Source: an uncultured Chloroflexia bacterium (GTDB lineage: Bacteria > Chloroflexota > Anaerolineae > CG2-30-64-16). Taken from it: a stretch of 64,000 nt of DNA. Location of the stretch: NCBI GenBank assembly GCA_963810095.1, contig CAWEMM010000014.1, positions 256,001 through 320,000 on the forward strand, written 5' to 3'. The notes beneath the pieces were generated by a model. It searched no databases. It worked only from the letters and a program-made list of their open reading frames with translations, and had not been told where the DNA came from. Position 1 is the first letter of the stretch; each line of letters opens with the position of its first letter. Shown here piece after piece: positions 1 through 11,741 of this stretch. The translations under genes and the position numbers were made by a program.

Positions 1-97
1 CATCAACTATGAGTACGCGGACTTCGGGCTTTCGGAAGCGCACCTGGCGCTCGAGGGCGGCCCCGCGTTGACGCTCAAACAGCTTGTGTATCCCTGA
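1..97 (+). CDS. 3' end of a hypothetical protein (truncated by window edge)
   Basis: Open frame ...INYEYADFGLSEAHLALEGGPALTLKQLVYP* ending TGA at 97, followed by AAGGAG RBS of the next gene. Confidence 0.6.
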   Translation, partial: INYEYADFGLSEAHLALEGGPALTLKQLVYP

Positions 98-130
98 TCG
101 CGCGCGATGTATTGGCAGAAGGAGTGAGTA

Positions 131-585
131 ATGGGTTCAGTGTTGCGGGCGACGGCGGTCTATTTCTTCCTCCTGATCGTTTTCCGCGTCTCGGGCAAAC
201 GGACCCTGGCACAGTTCACGCCGTTCGACTTCATCCTATTGCTGATCATCAGTGAGACCATTCAGCAGGCAATGGTCGACACTGACAATTCGTGGACAAA
301 CGCCGCGATCCTCGTTCTCACGCTCGTCGGTATCAGCATCGCGCTGTCCCTCGTCCGCGAAGGGTCCCCTGGCTCGAGCGGCTGCTCGGCGGGAGCGCCG
401 TGCTCGTGATCCAGGACGGTAAGATGCACGAGGACCGCATGCGCCGCATGCGCATCGACGAAGTGGACATCATCGGCGCGGCACGCGCACAAGAGGGTCT
501 GGAGCGGATCGACCAGATCAAACATGCGGTCGTCGAGACCGGCGGCCAGATCACGATCATTCCGAAGAAGCAGGCCGCGGGATAG
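131..585 (+). CDS. DUF421/YetF family membrane protein (frameshift near 360)
   Basis: N-part LRATAVYFFLLIVFRVSGKRTLAQFTPFDFILLLII joins C-part LVIQDGK...IKHAVVETGGQITIIPK, both typical of DUF421; AAGGAG RBS. Confidence 0.85.
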
Positions 586-598
586 GGTAGGAGGGCAC

Positions 599-924
599 GT
601 GTTTCTGGTCCAGATTCTGCTGCCGCTGTACGACAACGACGGTCGCGCGCTGGCGCGCGATCGCTACGATGCCGTTTTCCACACGCTCACCGAGCGCTTC
701 GGCGGCGCGACCGCGTTCACCCGTGCGCCGGCTGAGGGTGCGTGGAAGGAGCCGGGGCGCAGCCGGCAGGCCGACCGGCTGTCAACCGTGACCGGGTGAT
801 CATTTTTGAGGTGATGGTGGAGCGGCTCGATCACGACTGGTGGGGCGCGTACCGGCGCCAGCTCGAGGCCGACTTTCGGCAGGAGAAGATCCTGATGCGC
901 GCAATGGCCGCTGAGGAACTCTAG
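599..924 (+). CDS. conserved hypothetical protein (frameshift near 760-790)
   Basis: GTG start after GGAGG; FLVQILLPLYDN...TERFGGATAFTRAPAEGAW joins IIFEVMVERLDHDWWGAYRRQLEADFRQ. Confidence 0.7.
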
Positions 925-1897
925 CGGCGCCAGTGAATCTCGGGCCGGCGCCAGTTGCGCAGGCGCCAAAGCCAGCCGGCAGGATAGCCCGCCATCTTCG
1001 CCACATCGCCCAGCGCACGGATGAACGGCACAAGCAGCAGCGCCGGGCGCGGTCCGAAGGCGTCATGTCCGGTAACCGCTTGCCAAGCCGCCGGTACGGC
1101 GTCCTACAGTAGCCCACCACGCCCCCCGCCAGCGCCAACAGCCACCACGGTTTGTGGAAGAAGCCCAGGAGGAGCAGGGCAGGGAAGGCCACGAAATAGG
1201 TGACATAACGAATGGCATGACGCCTGCGCCACAAGTCCGCCTTGCCATCGCCCCGGGCGTACCGGTAATACTGCTTTGCGAAGCCCCTTGCCGACCCGCG
1301 CGGCCGGAAATGTGCGATCGCTTTCGGCGCCCACGCAAACTGCCCCACCGCCTCGCGCAGCCGCAGGTCGAAGATCAGGTCCTCGCAGTAGTCGAGCCAC
1401 TCGGGGTAACCGCCGGCCGCCTCATATGCCTGGCGGGTGAACGCGACGGACCTGCTGGACGGCAGGAAGGTCTCCGGGTTCACATCCTCCAGGTCGGGCA
1501 GCGTCGTCGCGCCCAGGGCGATCTCGAACGTGGAATGTGGGTCGCTAACAAAGAAGCCTGCCGTTGCCTGCGCATGCCCGCCGAGGATGGGTCCCACCAG
1601 TTCTTCCAGCCATTGTGGCTCGAGCTCCACGCCGGCGTCTACCGACGCGATAATGTCGCCCGCAGCCGCGGCAATGGCGACGTTCCGCCCGCGGGAAATG
1701 TTCGCGCCGGGTTCGACGATCACCCGTAACGGCAGTTGGCGCGCGTATGCCTCGATCACCTCGACGGTGTTGTCCCGCGAGCCGCCGTCGACGAAGACAA
1801 CCTCGTCGGGCAGACGGGTCTGGGCCGCGATGGAGTTCATCAGGCGGCGGATCGCGTCGCCTTCATTAAGAACGGTGCAGATTAGTGAGACTTGCAT
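921..1897 (-). CDS. glycosyltransferase family 2 (frameshift near 1050)
   Basis: MQVSLICTVLNEG, VVFVDGGSRD, DAG, CEDL motifs and C-terminal TM helices; corrected frame ends EIHWRR* at 921. Confidence 0.9.
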
Positions 1898-2009
1898 GAA
1901 AAGAGGACCTGTCGGGTAGGATGGGTTACCGCCATCGCGTGTATTGCCGGACATAATTATAAGGTGTGACGGTGTGGATCGAAAATCGGTTTGTAGAAAG
2001 GAAACGAGG

Positions 2010-2856
2010 ATGAGCCAACGTGAGACAGGGCAGGCGGACCAGGCGCCGCGCCGCTCGCCTGATGCGCAGCGGGACCTGGCCGGCCTTCTTGGCGGCCTCT
2101 TGGGTGGCCAGGGATCGCAAGGCGCGGCGGGCCTCGGTGCGGCGGGACAGAATATCCCCGAAGACAACGAAGTTGCAAACGTGTTGGGCGGCTTGCTGGG
2201 CGGTAACCAGCCGGGGTCGCTCCCTTCGGGCGGCCACACGACCGAGCAGTCGGGCGCGGCGGCAGCCACAGCCGGGCGCGGCGGGCCCCTCCGGCGACGA
2301 ACTGGGGTCACTTCTCGGTGGACTTCTGGGCGGCGGGATGGCGGGCGGGCAGCTGCCGCAGCAAAATCCGTACGCCGGCCAGGAAAACGGGGGCTACGGC
2401 GCAGTGGAGCGGGGGGCATGGGCGGGCTCGGCGGCCTGCTTGGGGGGTTGCTGGGCGGGGGTGGTGGCAGCGGGGAGCGGCGGCTTAGGCGGCCTCTTGG
2501 GCAGCGTCATCGGCAATGACCAGACGAGCAGCACGGTCGCGCAGCAAACCGGATTGGCGCCGAGCCTGGTCCAGGCACTGCTCCCCATGATCATCGGCAT
2601 GCTTATGCGGGGAGGTCAGCGCTCCAACATGCGCAGCCAGGGGATCGACATCGACGGCGACGGGATTCCCGACACGGGCGACCAACTGGCGGGCGTCGCA
2701 CACCGCGTTCAAGCAGGGGAGGCGGTAGACGAGCAGGAGCTGCGGTCCTCGGGAGTCACGGCCGCGCTGGCTAAGCATAGTGGTTATGCCGAGCCCGAGG
2801 TAGCGTCGGCAACGGTGAAAATCCTGCAGGCGTTAGCCGAGCAGAACAAGCGCTAA
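2010..2856 (+). CDS. Gly-rich protein with repeated GGLLGG motifs, DUF937/YidB-like (frameshifted)
   Basis: LGGLLGG repeats then VAQQTGLAPSLVQALLPMIIGMLM; DIDGDGIPD loop; two frames overlap. Confidence 0.6.
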
Positions 2857-2875
2857 CAAACCTCTGCAGGAGATC

Positions 2876-2926
2876 GGCAGGGGCGCCTGCGCTGCCCAGC
2901 TCCGGGCGGGCTCAGGCGCTCCTGCC
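2876..2926. repeat. GC-rich hairpin / degenerate GTAG-type REP after stop codon
   Basis: GGCAGGGGCGCCTG...CAGGCGCTCCTGCC inverted arms. Confidence 0.5.
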
Positions 2927-3090
2927 GTGCTGAGTAAGCAAAGTTTTGTGAGATGTAGCGACTACCATCTAAATTTGATATTGCTATCATTAATTCTTTT
3001 TACCGATGACATACGTGGCCGGCTGCCGCGATACTGATCCGAGAGCCTGTGGCGGGTGCAGGATCGTTGCTCCAAGGACGGAGGGACAGC

Positions 3091-4524
3091 ATGGCCGGGC
3101 GAACTGCTGTGATGGTTCATCGGGTGCCGGTGGCGACGGCGCTCGCATTGGTGTTTCTGCTGGCAATCGCACTGGGCGCGCAAGCCCAGTCGATAACACC
3201 CTACTTCGGCTGCATCGACGACTTCCGCCAGAGTTCGAACTGCACGGCGGATGATGTGCGTATCGCCTCGATGGTTGTGGACCAGGTGATCGACACGTGC
3301 GCCTACCCCGGCGACACGGGCCGGTTCGTCTTCAAGGCCGAGCTTGTGAGCGGGGCGCAACGAGCGCTACGACCTCGGTCTCTTCGTCGCACTGGATGGG
3401 GGCAGCGCCCAGCTCGCCTCCCGGCCTGGGTACCCGAATGGCACCAGCTGCTATCACGATTTTCTCTCTCCTATCGGTCCGCCCTTCGACCTGCTCGGAG
3501 GGCACGGTCCGTTCTACGACGCTGAGGGCGGCGGTGACCTGTGCGGGGATATCCAACAGTCCGTCACCAACTACTACATCACCGAACCGATTACCATCCT
3601 CTGCCCGGATTCAAACGGCGACACGACCGTGGAGCCGATCAGCACGTGCGTGAGCTGGGACAATAACCGCCAGGGCGTATGTGTGGACGTGAACGGCGCC
3701 ATCCCCGGGGAGACGACGCCCGGGACGCCCTCCAAGTGCCGGTGTGAGAGCATCGCCGTGCCCGACGTCGTCATCCGCAAGATCGTCGTCGACAAGGTGA
3801 CTGACCCCGCGGGGGCCGGCAAGTCGTTCCCCTTCACGCTGACGAAGCCGGGCGGCAGCATAGTCGGGTTTTCTCTGACGGACAGCGCTGCGCCGTGGAT
3901 CAGCGGCCTTTTGCCCGCAGCCACGGGCTATTCAGTTGTCGAGACCGTGCCAGAGGGCTGGGTCCAGACGGCCGTGCACTGCACGAATGGCCTGGCCGCC
4001 GACAATATCGACCCTGGCAACATCGACCTGACTCCCAACCGTGAGGTGCGCTGCACCTTCTACAACGCCGCCGGTTCGCTTGCGGCAGACCTCGTCGAAT
4101 ATGCTGGGGAGGCGCAGGGCAGCCAGGTAGCGCTGCGCTGGGAGACCGTATCCGACTTCAGTGTGCGCGGGTTCAACGTGTACCGCGGTCTTTCGAATCA
4201 GGGACCGTGGGCGCGCGTCAATTCTGTGCTCATCCCGGCACAGTCCCCGGGCGCGGCCAGCGGCGCGCGCTATGAATGGGTCGACCGGTCGCCGGGCAGC
4301 GGCGCGAGTCTGGTACCTGCTGGAAGAATCGGGTCTGAACGGCGAGACAGAGCGTTACGATCCGCTGGAGGTGGTGCTGGGCGCGCCCAACGCGGTCGGG
4401 ACGAGCGAGTTCGAGCGCGGCGCGAACGCTTCCGGGATGGCTGTCCGTCGCGGGTGTGTCGCTGGGGCTTGCACTGCTAGCAGGTGTAGTTGCCAAGGGG
4501 TTCGGAGGACGCCGGCGGGGATAG
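3091..4524 (+). CDS. secreted Cys-containing beta-rich surface protein with C-terminal TM anchor (several frameshifts)
   Basis: Signal peptide (ALALVFLLAIALGAQA), pilin/prealbumin-like segment IVVDKVTDP..FPFT..YSVVETVPEGW..CTFYN, LRWETVS..GFNVYRG domain, PNAV motif, hydrophobic helix then GRRRG* at 4524. Confidence 0.65.
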
Positions 4525-4686
4525 GGGCCGGGAAGTTGCACCAGAGTCGGCGCAAGAACCAGGTCCGGTTGGTCTTGCGCCGACACACGGACTCAGAGTT
4601 TCTGTGTCCTGTGAACTGGTGATTGCAGAATACCCGAGAGTTGTTGCACCCTTATCACCATTGTGGGGCAGGCGGGTTACATCGTG

Positions 4687-6177
4687 TTACAGAACTGCAA
4701 CATCGCCGCGCTCCTGCCCGCGCCACCAGTCAAAGTGCTGTGACCAGTCAATGTACCCGTAGTTGCCGATGGGGTCTGGCGCCGGGGTCAGCTCGTCGAC
4801 GACAAGCGCCGGGGCCCCGCCGCCCCACGGAATGAGCCACAGTGATGCCTGGCCCTCCCGGTTGATGCGTGCAAACAGCAAGTGGCTCCCCTGGCGCGAC
4901 CACTGGGGCCGTTCGTCGCGATAGCGCGGGTCATCCGTCAGGGCCGTTGGCGCGCCCGCTGCTGCTGCGCCCACCCAGAGGTGGCGGGCAAGCATCGTGG
5001 TTAGTGCGTCTTCCCCCAGCGTCAGGTCGGGCGCATCGGGCATGGCGACGAACGCCAGCTCTTGCGCGTCGGGCGACCAAGCCGGCGTCATGGCCGCCAG
5101 GTCCGGGGGAGTCTGGAAATCTCCTGCCACCACCCGTTTGTCTGTCCAGGTTGCCAGCCCCGGGCCGACCGTGGCGGCGACGGTGTGATCGCCGGTGCGG
5201 GCGACGTCCAGAAAGTCGCTCCGCTGCAGCATCGGTTCGCTCGTCACCATCTGCGCGGGGCCAGGGTTCTCCCCTACGGGCGGCAGCGCGGCCGTAAAGA
5301 GCCACACCCCGTCGACGGGCTCGGCCACCCGGCTGGGGTGCTGCCAGAACAAGACGTGCTCGGGGTCTTGCCACCCAGCCAGGCTCGCCGGCGATTCAGA
5401 GGCACGCATGACGAGCGTGGACTGCCCGCCGGCTGTGGGGATGACCCAGATCCCGTCGTCGCGACCCGACCGTGACCCGCTCTGTTCGTCAGACGTCCAC
5501 TCGTACGCCAACCACCGCCCGTCAGGACTCCACGCAATCGCGTTCACCCGGCCGTTCGCCTGCGCAGCGACGAGGCGCGCTCCGATGTCTGTGGCTGGGT
5601 CGAGCGTCTGTAGGTGGCCTGCCTCGCTGACATACGCCAGCAAGTCTGCGGTTGGCGACCAGGCAAAGTGCTCGACGGTGAAGCCCCGATTGATCACGTG
5701 GTGATCCGATCCGTTCCGCCGCGCCAGCCAAACTTGCTGTTGGAACGTCGAAACGGTCTCGCGGCAGGGCGGCTCATTCTGGCGTAACGGGTCTTCACAG
5801 GGGCGCTCGCGCTCGACCAGGACCGTGCGGTCTTTGCGGTAAGCGATCCACTCGCCCACGGTCGACCACTTCGGCTCGCGGTTGTGCCCGTCAATCGTCA
5901 GGCGTTGGTGCGGTCCCTCGGGGAGCACGGTGATCCACAGATCGCCTCCCCGGATGTAGGCGACACGGCCGAGCGCGGTGGGTACGGGCGGCGGCGGCGC
6001 GATCGCCGTAGCGAGTGCATTCGACAGCCGCTCGTTTTCCTCCACTAGCGCTTGCAGGGTTGCGGCCGGCGCGGGGTTTGGCGTAGGGGTCTGCTCCAAG
6101 CCCACGGCAAGGGTGCCCGCACAGGAGGTGAGCAGAGCAGCAGACGAACAGGTGGGGATGCGCAATGAGCGACGCAT
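4687..6177 (-). CDS. TolB-like/PD40 beta-propeller lipoprotein
   Basis: Repeated PxWS/AWSPDG motifs; lipobox-like LLTSC; exact start uncertain because it abuts a repeat. Confidence 0.8.
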   Translation of the reverse strand: MRRSLRIPTCSSAALLTSCAGTLAVGLEQTPTPNPAPAATLQALVEENERLSNALATAIAPPPPVPTALGRVAYIRGGDLWITVLPEGPHQRLTIDGHNREPKWSTVGEWIAYRKDRTVLVERERPCEDPLRQNEPPCRETVSTFQQQVWLARRNGSDHHVINRGFTVEHFAWSPTADLLAYVSEAGHLQTLDPATDIGARLVAAQANGRVNAIAWSPDGRWLAYEWTSDEQSGSRSGRDDGIWVIPTAGGQSTLVMRASESPASLAGWQDPEHVLFWQHPSRVAEPVDGVWLFTAALPPVGENPGPAQMVTSEPMLQRSDFLDVARTGDHTVAATVGPGLATWTDKRVVAGDFQTPPDLAAMTPAWSPDAQELAFVAMPDAPDLTLGEDALTTMLARHLWVGAAAAGAPTALTDDPRYRDERPQWSRQGSHLLFARINREGQASLWLIPWGGGAPALVVDELTPAPDPIGNYGYIDWSQHFDWWRGQERGDVAVL

Positions 6178-6291
6178 CCTTCGACTGCGGCTGGGCGGCC
6201 GGCCGGCGCCTCCGCTCAGGATGCTTTTCGGGCGGCGGCAGGCATCCTGAGCGGAGCACGGCCCGCACTTGGGCGGTCCATCGAAGGACGC
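6174..6291. repeat. REP-like doublet, GCATCCTTCGACT family (units 6174-6224 and inverted 6242-6291)
   Basis: GCATCCTTCGACTGCG-hairpin-CTCCGCTCAGGATGC followed by GCATCCTGAGCGGAG...TCGAAGGACGC. Confidence 0.9.
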
Positions 6292-6307
6292 CCGTGATTC
6301 CGCTCGC

Positions 6308-7204
6308 TCATCGCGCCCCCGGCAGTCGGACGGTCACCACCGTGCCCCGCCCGGGACGGCTGCGGATGGTCATGCTGCCGTGATGCCGGGTGACGATTGC
6401 CTTGACCAGGGCCAGCCCCAACCCGCTGCCTTCGACGCCGATCCCCGCGCTGCCCCGGTAGAGTTCCTCGCCCAGGTGTGGCAGTTCGTCGGACGGGACG
6501 CCAGGGCCGGTGTCGGCCACCTCGACCGCAACGTTGGTCCCGTCCTCGAACGCCCGGATTTCGACCGTCGCGCCTTCGGTCGTGAACTTGAATGCGTTAT
6601 CCACCAGGTTGTGGAATGCCAGGAAGAGCAGGTCGCGATCCCCTGGGATCGGGGCGATGGGCCAGGGCGCCTCGGGTGCGGTCAGGTTAATGCGCCGCGC
6701 TGCGGCCTCGGGCCGGTCGCGTGCGATCTCGACGATTTCGGTCAGCAGCCCGACGACGTCGACCTCGTCCTGCTCGAGGGGTTGAACCTCCAGGTCCGTC
6801 AGCTTCCGCAAATCGGCGCTCAACCGGGCCAGCCGGTCGACCTGGCCGCGCAGGCTGCGCATCGTCTGCGGGTCACAGGCCCCATTCAGGTTCGCCAGTG
6901 CTGCGCGCATTGCCGTCAACGGGTTCTTGACCTCGTGATCCAGCCGGCGAATGAAACGCCGCCGCGAATCGGCCTCTTCGGCCTCCATTGCGGCCGCAGC
7001 CGCGGCGACGGCCCGGCGTTTCCGCTCGTTCAGCACTACCACGGCGGTCACACAGGCTGAAGCAACCGTGCCGAGCAGGACGAACAGCGTGCCGACGTCC
7101 GCGCGCAGGTAGACGACGGGGTTCAGTAAAGCCCCGCTTTGCCAAACGAATGCGAGAGCGAGCCCGATGACCAGCGGGATGAGCGCCAGCGCGAGACGCG
7201 TCAC
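6308..7204 (-). CDS. sensor histidine kinase (HisKA + HATPase_c)
   Basis: Two TM helices, LDHEVKNPLT H-box, NLVDNAFKF N-box, DTGPG and GSGLGL boxes. Confidence 0.95.
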   Translation of the reverse strand: MTRLALALIPLVIGLALAFVWQSGALLNPVVYLRADVGTLFVLLGTVASACVTAVVVLNERKRRAVAAAAAAMEAEEADSRRRFIRRLDHEVKNPLTAMRAALANLNGACDPQTMRSLRGQVDRLARLSADLRKLTDLEVQPLEQDEVDVVGLLTEIVEIARDRPEAAARRINLTAPEAPWPIAPIPGDRDLLFLAFHNLVDNAFKFTTEGATVEIRAFEDGTNVAVEVADTGPGVPSDELPHLGEELYRGSAGIGVEGSGLGLALVKAIVTRHHGSMTIRSRPGRGTVVTVRLPGAR

Positions 7205-7932
7205 CGGCCAACCTCCACCGCTGCAACGAAGCGGTAGCCCTGGCCGATTAGCGTCTCAATAAAGCGGGGGGTCTCGGCATCGTCCTTGAGGGTGCGGCGC
7301 AGCTCGGCTATGCGGGTGTCGACGGCACGGGTGGCCGCCGGATAATCCCAGCCCCACACCGCATCGAGCAGGCGCTCGCGCGACAGGACTTCGTCGGGGT
7401 GCAGCATGAGGTATTCGAGCACCGAGATCGCTTTGGCCGTGAGCGAGACCTCGCGGCCGTTCAGCGTGGCCCGGCGCGCCTGGCGGTCGAGCTCGAGGCT
7501 GCCGGAACGGAGCCGGTGTGCGCCTGCCAGCGAGGGCGCGCCGGGATGCGCCCGGCGCAGCACGGCCCGGATGCGCGCGACCAGCTCGTACGGCTCGAAC
7601 GGCTTGCCGAGGTAGTCGTCGGCCCCCTCGTCGAGGGCGACCGCCCGTTCTGCGGGCGAGCCGACGCGCGTCAGGAGAATGACGGGGGTCCAGTTGCCCG
7701 CCCGGCGCAACCGTCGCAGCACTTCGCGGCCGTCGAGCACGGGCATCAGGACGTCAAGAATCACCAGGTCGACCGGGTTGCGATCGAGCTGCTGGAGCGC
7801 GGTTCCGCCATCCGGCGCGTACGTAACCGTGTAGCCCGTGCGCTCGAGAAACGCACCGACATGCTCGGTCACCCCCGGGTCGTCGTCGACCAGGAGGATG
7901 CGCGTCGGTACGGACTTGGGATCGAGAACCAT
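7201..7932 (-). CDS. OmpR/PhoB family response regulator
   Basis: ILLVDDD, LVILDVLMP, GADDYLGKPF, winged helix with IETLIGQGY; start taken at MVLDPK after GAGG. Confidence 0.95.
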   Translation of the reverse strand: MVLDPKSVPTRILLVDDDPGVTEHVGAFLERTGYTVTYAPDGGTALQQLDRNPVDLVILDVLMPVLDGREVLRRLRRAGNWTPVILLTRVGSPAERAVALDEGADDYLGKPFEPYELVARIRAVLRRAHPGAPSLAGAHRLRSGSLELDRQARRATLNGREVSLTAKAISVLEYLMLHPDEVLSRERLLDAVWGWDYPAATRAVDTRIAELRRTLKDDAETPRFIETLIGQGYRFVAAVEVGR

Positions 7933-8056
7933 TCTTCGGAGCCTCAGGCGCAGTATAGCGCGAGGCAGGGGGAGATGCAACACAGAACGCGGCAACAGCA
8001 GGAACTCCAGGCGCAGGATGCGAAGTCGGGCCGGCCAAGTGGTATAATGATCCTCT

Positions 8057-9897
8057 ATGTCCAATCGCGAGTTCCGTCTGGAGCACGAGCACCGTTACGA
8101 CCGCCGGGGACCGGTCCGCTGGATCATTTCGCATCTGGCCCGCTATCCGCACTTCCCGCTGCTGGCGCTGCTTGCTGCCATCTTCAACAACTTCTTCTAC
8201 AGCGAGATCCAGGTCATCATCGGCCGCGCCTTCGACCTGATCAGCCAGCCGGCCTGGTTGCCCTCGGCCCTGCTCGCGCTGGCGCTGCTCGCGCTCGTCG
8301 TGGCAGTCGGGCAGGGGCTCACCGGGCTTGCTGCGCAACTACTCGGTCGAGTTCGTCGCCGCCCGCGTCGAGCGCGACGCCCGCGACGAGCTGTACGCCA
8401 GCCTGCTGGGCAAGAGCCAGACCTTCCACGGCCGGCAGCGCATCGGCGACATCATGGCGCGGCACGACGAACGACGTGCACATGCTCAACCTCATGTTCA
8501 GCCCCGGCCTCATGCTGATCCTTGATTCGAGCCATGGCCGTCGTGGTGCCGCTGATCCTCATCGCTCGCATGGATACCCGCCTGCTCATCGTGCCGGGGG
8601 TGTTTCTGGTCTTCCTGGCCCTGACCCTGTTCGAGTACAACCGGCGCTTGAACCCGGTGAGCACGGCGATTCGCGAGCGCTTTGGCGACATGAATGCGGG
8701 CCTGGCCGAAGCTATTGCCGGGGTCGAGGTGGTCAAGTCGAACGTGCAGGAGCGTTACGAGTGGGCGAAGTTCACCGGGAACGCCCGCCTCGTCCGCGAC
8801 GCGACGGTGCGCCAAGGCGAGGTGCAGGCGCTCTACTGGCCGACCCTGGTATTTGCCTTTGCCTGGGCGGCCGCGCTGCTGCAGGGGCTGCTCATGTGGC
8901 AGGCCGGCGAGCTGAGCCTGGGCACCGTCATCGCGTATCTCGGCCTGGTGGGCACCCTGCGCTTCCCGACCAACATGTCGATTTTTACCTTCAACCTCGT
9001 CCAGCTGGGCCTGGCGAGCGCGCGCCGCATCCTCGAGACGGTCAACACCGAGACGGAGCTGGACGAGAACCCGGCCGGTGTCGTCCAGCCGATGCACGGG
9101 GAGGTGGCCTTCGACGGCGTCAGCTTTGGCTATGCTTCTGCCGCAGACGTCTCAGGGAACGGCAGAGACGTCCTCCGAGACCGTCGAATCCCTGGCGGCA
9201 AGCCCGCGGCGGCGTTCTGAAAGATGTCACCTTCTCCGTGCGCCCGGGCGAGACATTGCCATCGTCGGCCAGACCGGCTCGGGCAAGTCCACGCTGACGC
9301 GGCTGATCAACCGGATCTTCGATGCGGAGCGCGGGGCGCGTGCTGGTCGACGACATCGACGTGCGCGACTGGAACCTCGAATCGCTGCGCTCGCAGATCT
9401 CCTTCATCGAGCAGGACCCGTTCCTTTTCTCGCGCACGATTCGGGAGAACATTGCGTTTGGCCGGCCAGACGCGAGCGAAGAGGAGATCATGGCGGCCAG
9501 CCGGGCTGCGCAGGCGCACGACTTCATCCTGTCGTTCAAGGACGGGTATGACACGGAGGTGGGCGAACGCGGGGTGACGCTCTCGGGCGGACAGCGCCAG
9601 CGCATCGCCATCGCCCGCGCCTTCCTGACCGACCCCCGCGTCCTGATCCTGGACGACAGCACGAGCGCGATTGACAGCGAGACGGAGGACCAGATCCAGC
9701 GCGCGATGCGCCGCATCAGCCGCTCACGTACCACGTTCCTGATCACGCACCGGCTGAGCCAGATCCGCTGGGCCGACCGCATCCTCGTGCTGCGCCGTGG
9801 CGAGCTGGTCGACCAGGGCACGCATGAGGAGCTGATGCGGCGCAGCCCCGACTACGCCCGCATTTTTGCGGCCCGCAACTTCGCCGGGACTAACTGA
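8057..9897 (+). CDS. ABC exporter permease/ATPase subunit 1 (several frameshifts)
   Basis: ABC membrane domain, GQTGSGKST Walker A, LSGGQRQR signature, degenerate Walker B LILDD. Confidence 0.9.
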
Positions 9898-11741
9898 TGG
9901 GTTTCATTCTCGACGGCCTCGAAAGCGAGGCATACGACCGCCAATACGGCGACCGCGAGCTGCTGCGCCGGGTGCTGACCTATTTCCGGCCGCACACGAA
10001 GCGCATGCTGCTCGTCGCGGTCGCGCTGACCCTGAACTCGCTGGCCGGCAGCGGCGGTCCGATCCTGATTTCGTCGGGCATCGACATGGTCGAAAAGAAC
10101 CCGTCGCGGCAAGCCATCTTCCTGCTTGCGGGCGGCGTCCTGCTGCTCGGCATCGCGGCCTGGGTGTTCAACTTCATCCAGCAGTGGTTCTCGGCTCGCG
10201 TCGTCGGCGACGTGGTGCTGAAGATTCGTGAGGACGTTTTTGCCGCCACCATCCGGCACGATATGTCGTTCTACGACGAGCACCCGTCGGGCAAGGTCGT
10301 GAGCCGGGTGACCTCGGACACGCAGGACCTGTCGGACGTGGTGACACTGATTACCAGCCTCATCAGCCAGGTGATGTTGGTGCTGTTCCTGGCTTTCTGG
10401 CTTTTCAGAATCGACGCCCGCCTGACGGTGGCGCTGTTCCTCATGGCGCCGCTGGCCGCGTTCATCGCTCTGAGCTTCCGGCGCATCGCACGCACCGTCA
10501 CCCAACGCGCGCGGCGGGTGACCGCGAAGATCAACGCGCAGATCCAGGAATCGGTCAGCGGGATCGTCGTGGCGAAGAGCTTCCGCCAGGAGCGGGCCAT
10601 CTACCAGGCCTTCGCAGATAACAACCGCCAGGCGTACGGGGTGACGCTGCGGCGGGGCATCACGCTGGACACGATCTTTCCGATCATCGCCACCTTCTCG
10701 GGCATCAGCGTCGCGATCCTGATCTATTTCGGCGGCATGGCGACCCGCGGCCCGAACGGCATTACGACCGGCAACTGGTACCTCTTCATGCAGTCGGTCG
10801 GCTTCTTCTGGTGGCCGGTCATCGGCATTGCGTCGTTCTGGAGCCAGTTCCAGGATGGGCTGGCCGCGTCCGAGCGGGTCTTTGCACTGATCGACGCGGA
10901 GCCCAAGGTGGTGCAGAACGCGGCGGAGCCGGTGACCCGGCTGACCGGCGACGTGCGATTCGAGCACGTTCAGTTCACCTATACGCCGAACGTTGAAGAA
11001 AGCCGCGGCGGCGAGGTGGTCCTGCCGGACTTCAACCTGCACATCCGCCCGCAGGAGACGGTGGCGCTGGTCGGCCACACGGGCGCCGGGAAGAGCAGCG
11101 TGGGGCGGCTGGTGGCCCGCTTCTACGAGTTCCAGGGCGGGGCGATCCTGGTCGACGGCGGGGCATCAGGGACGCACGATATCCGCTCGCTCGACCTGCA
11201 GGCCTACCGCCGGGAGGTCGGCATCGTGCCGCAGGAGCCCTTCCTGTTCTCCGGCACGCTGCGCGATAACATCCGCTACGCCCGGCCCGAGGCGACGGAC
11301 GCCGAGGTCGCGGCGGCCGCGCGGCGAGTGGCGGGTGGCGAATGGGTGGACGATTTACCGCACGGCCTCGACACCGACGTGGGCGAGCGCGGTTCGAGCC
11401 TGTCGATGGGGCAACGGCAGCTGACCGTGCTGGCGCGGGTGGTGCTGAAGGACCCGGCGATTTTCATCCTGGACGAGGCGACCGCGAGCGTGGACCCGTT
11501 TACGGAGATGCAGATCCAGGAAGGGCTGGCCGAGGTGATGGCCGACCGGACGGCGATCGTCATCGCGCACCGGCTGTCGACCGTGGTGGCTGCCGACCGG
11601 ATCATCGTGATGGACCATGGGGAGATCATCGAGGAAGGGAACCACGAGGAACTGATGGTGCGCGGCGGACATTACGCGACGCTGTATGACACCTACTTCC
11701 GGCACCAGTCCATCGAATACGTGGAGGCGCAGCGGGCATGA
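9897..11741 (+). CDS. ABC exporter permease/ATPase subunit 2 (heterodimer partner)
   Basis: GHTGAGKS, LSMGQRQL, FILDEATASVD, IAHRLST; translationally coupled to subunit 1 (TGATG). Confidence 0.95.
   Translation: MGFILDGLESEAYDRQYGDRELLRRVLTYFRPHTKRMLLVAVALTLNSLAGSGGPILISSGIDMVEKNPSRQAIFLLAGGVLLLGIAAWVFNFIQQWFSARVVGDVVLKIREDVFAATIRHDMSFYDEHPSGKVVSRVTSDTQDLSDVVTLITSLISQVMLVLFLAFWLFRIDARLTVALFLMAPLAAFIALSFRRIARTVTQRARRVTAKINAQIQESVSGIVVAKSFRQERAIYQAFADNNRQAYGVTLRRGITLDTIFPIIATFSGISVAILIYFGGMATRGPNGITTGNWYLFMQSVGFFWWPVIGIASFWSQFQDGLAASERVFALIDAEPKVVQNAAEPVTRLTGDVRFEHVQFTYTPNVEESRGGEVVLPDFNLHIRPQETVALVGHTGAGKSSVGRLVARFYEFQGGAILVDGGASGTHDIRSLDLQAYRREVGIVPQEPFLFSGTLRDNIRYARPEATDAEVAAAARRVAGGEWVDDLPHGLDTDVGERGSSLSMGQRQLTVLARVVLKDPAIFILDEATASVDPFTEMQIQEGLAEVMADRTAIVIAHRLSTVVAADRIIVMDHGEIIEEGNHEELMVRGGHYATLYDTYFRHQSIEYVEAQRA

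Noticed and set aside
2075-2510. GGC-rich direct repeats
   Set aside because: They encode GGLLGG protein motifs, not a DNA element
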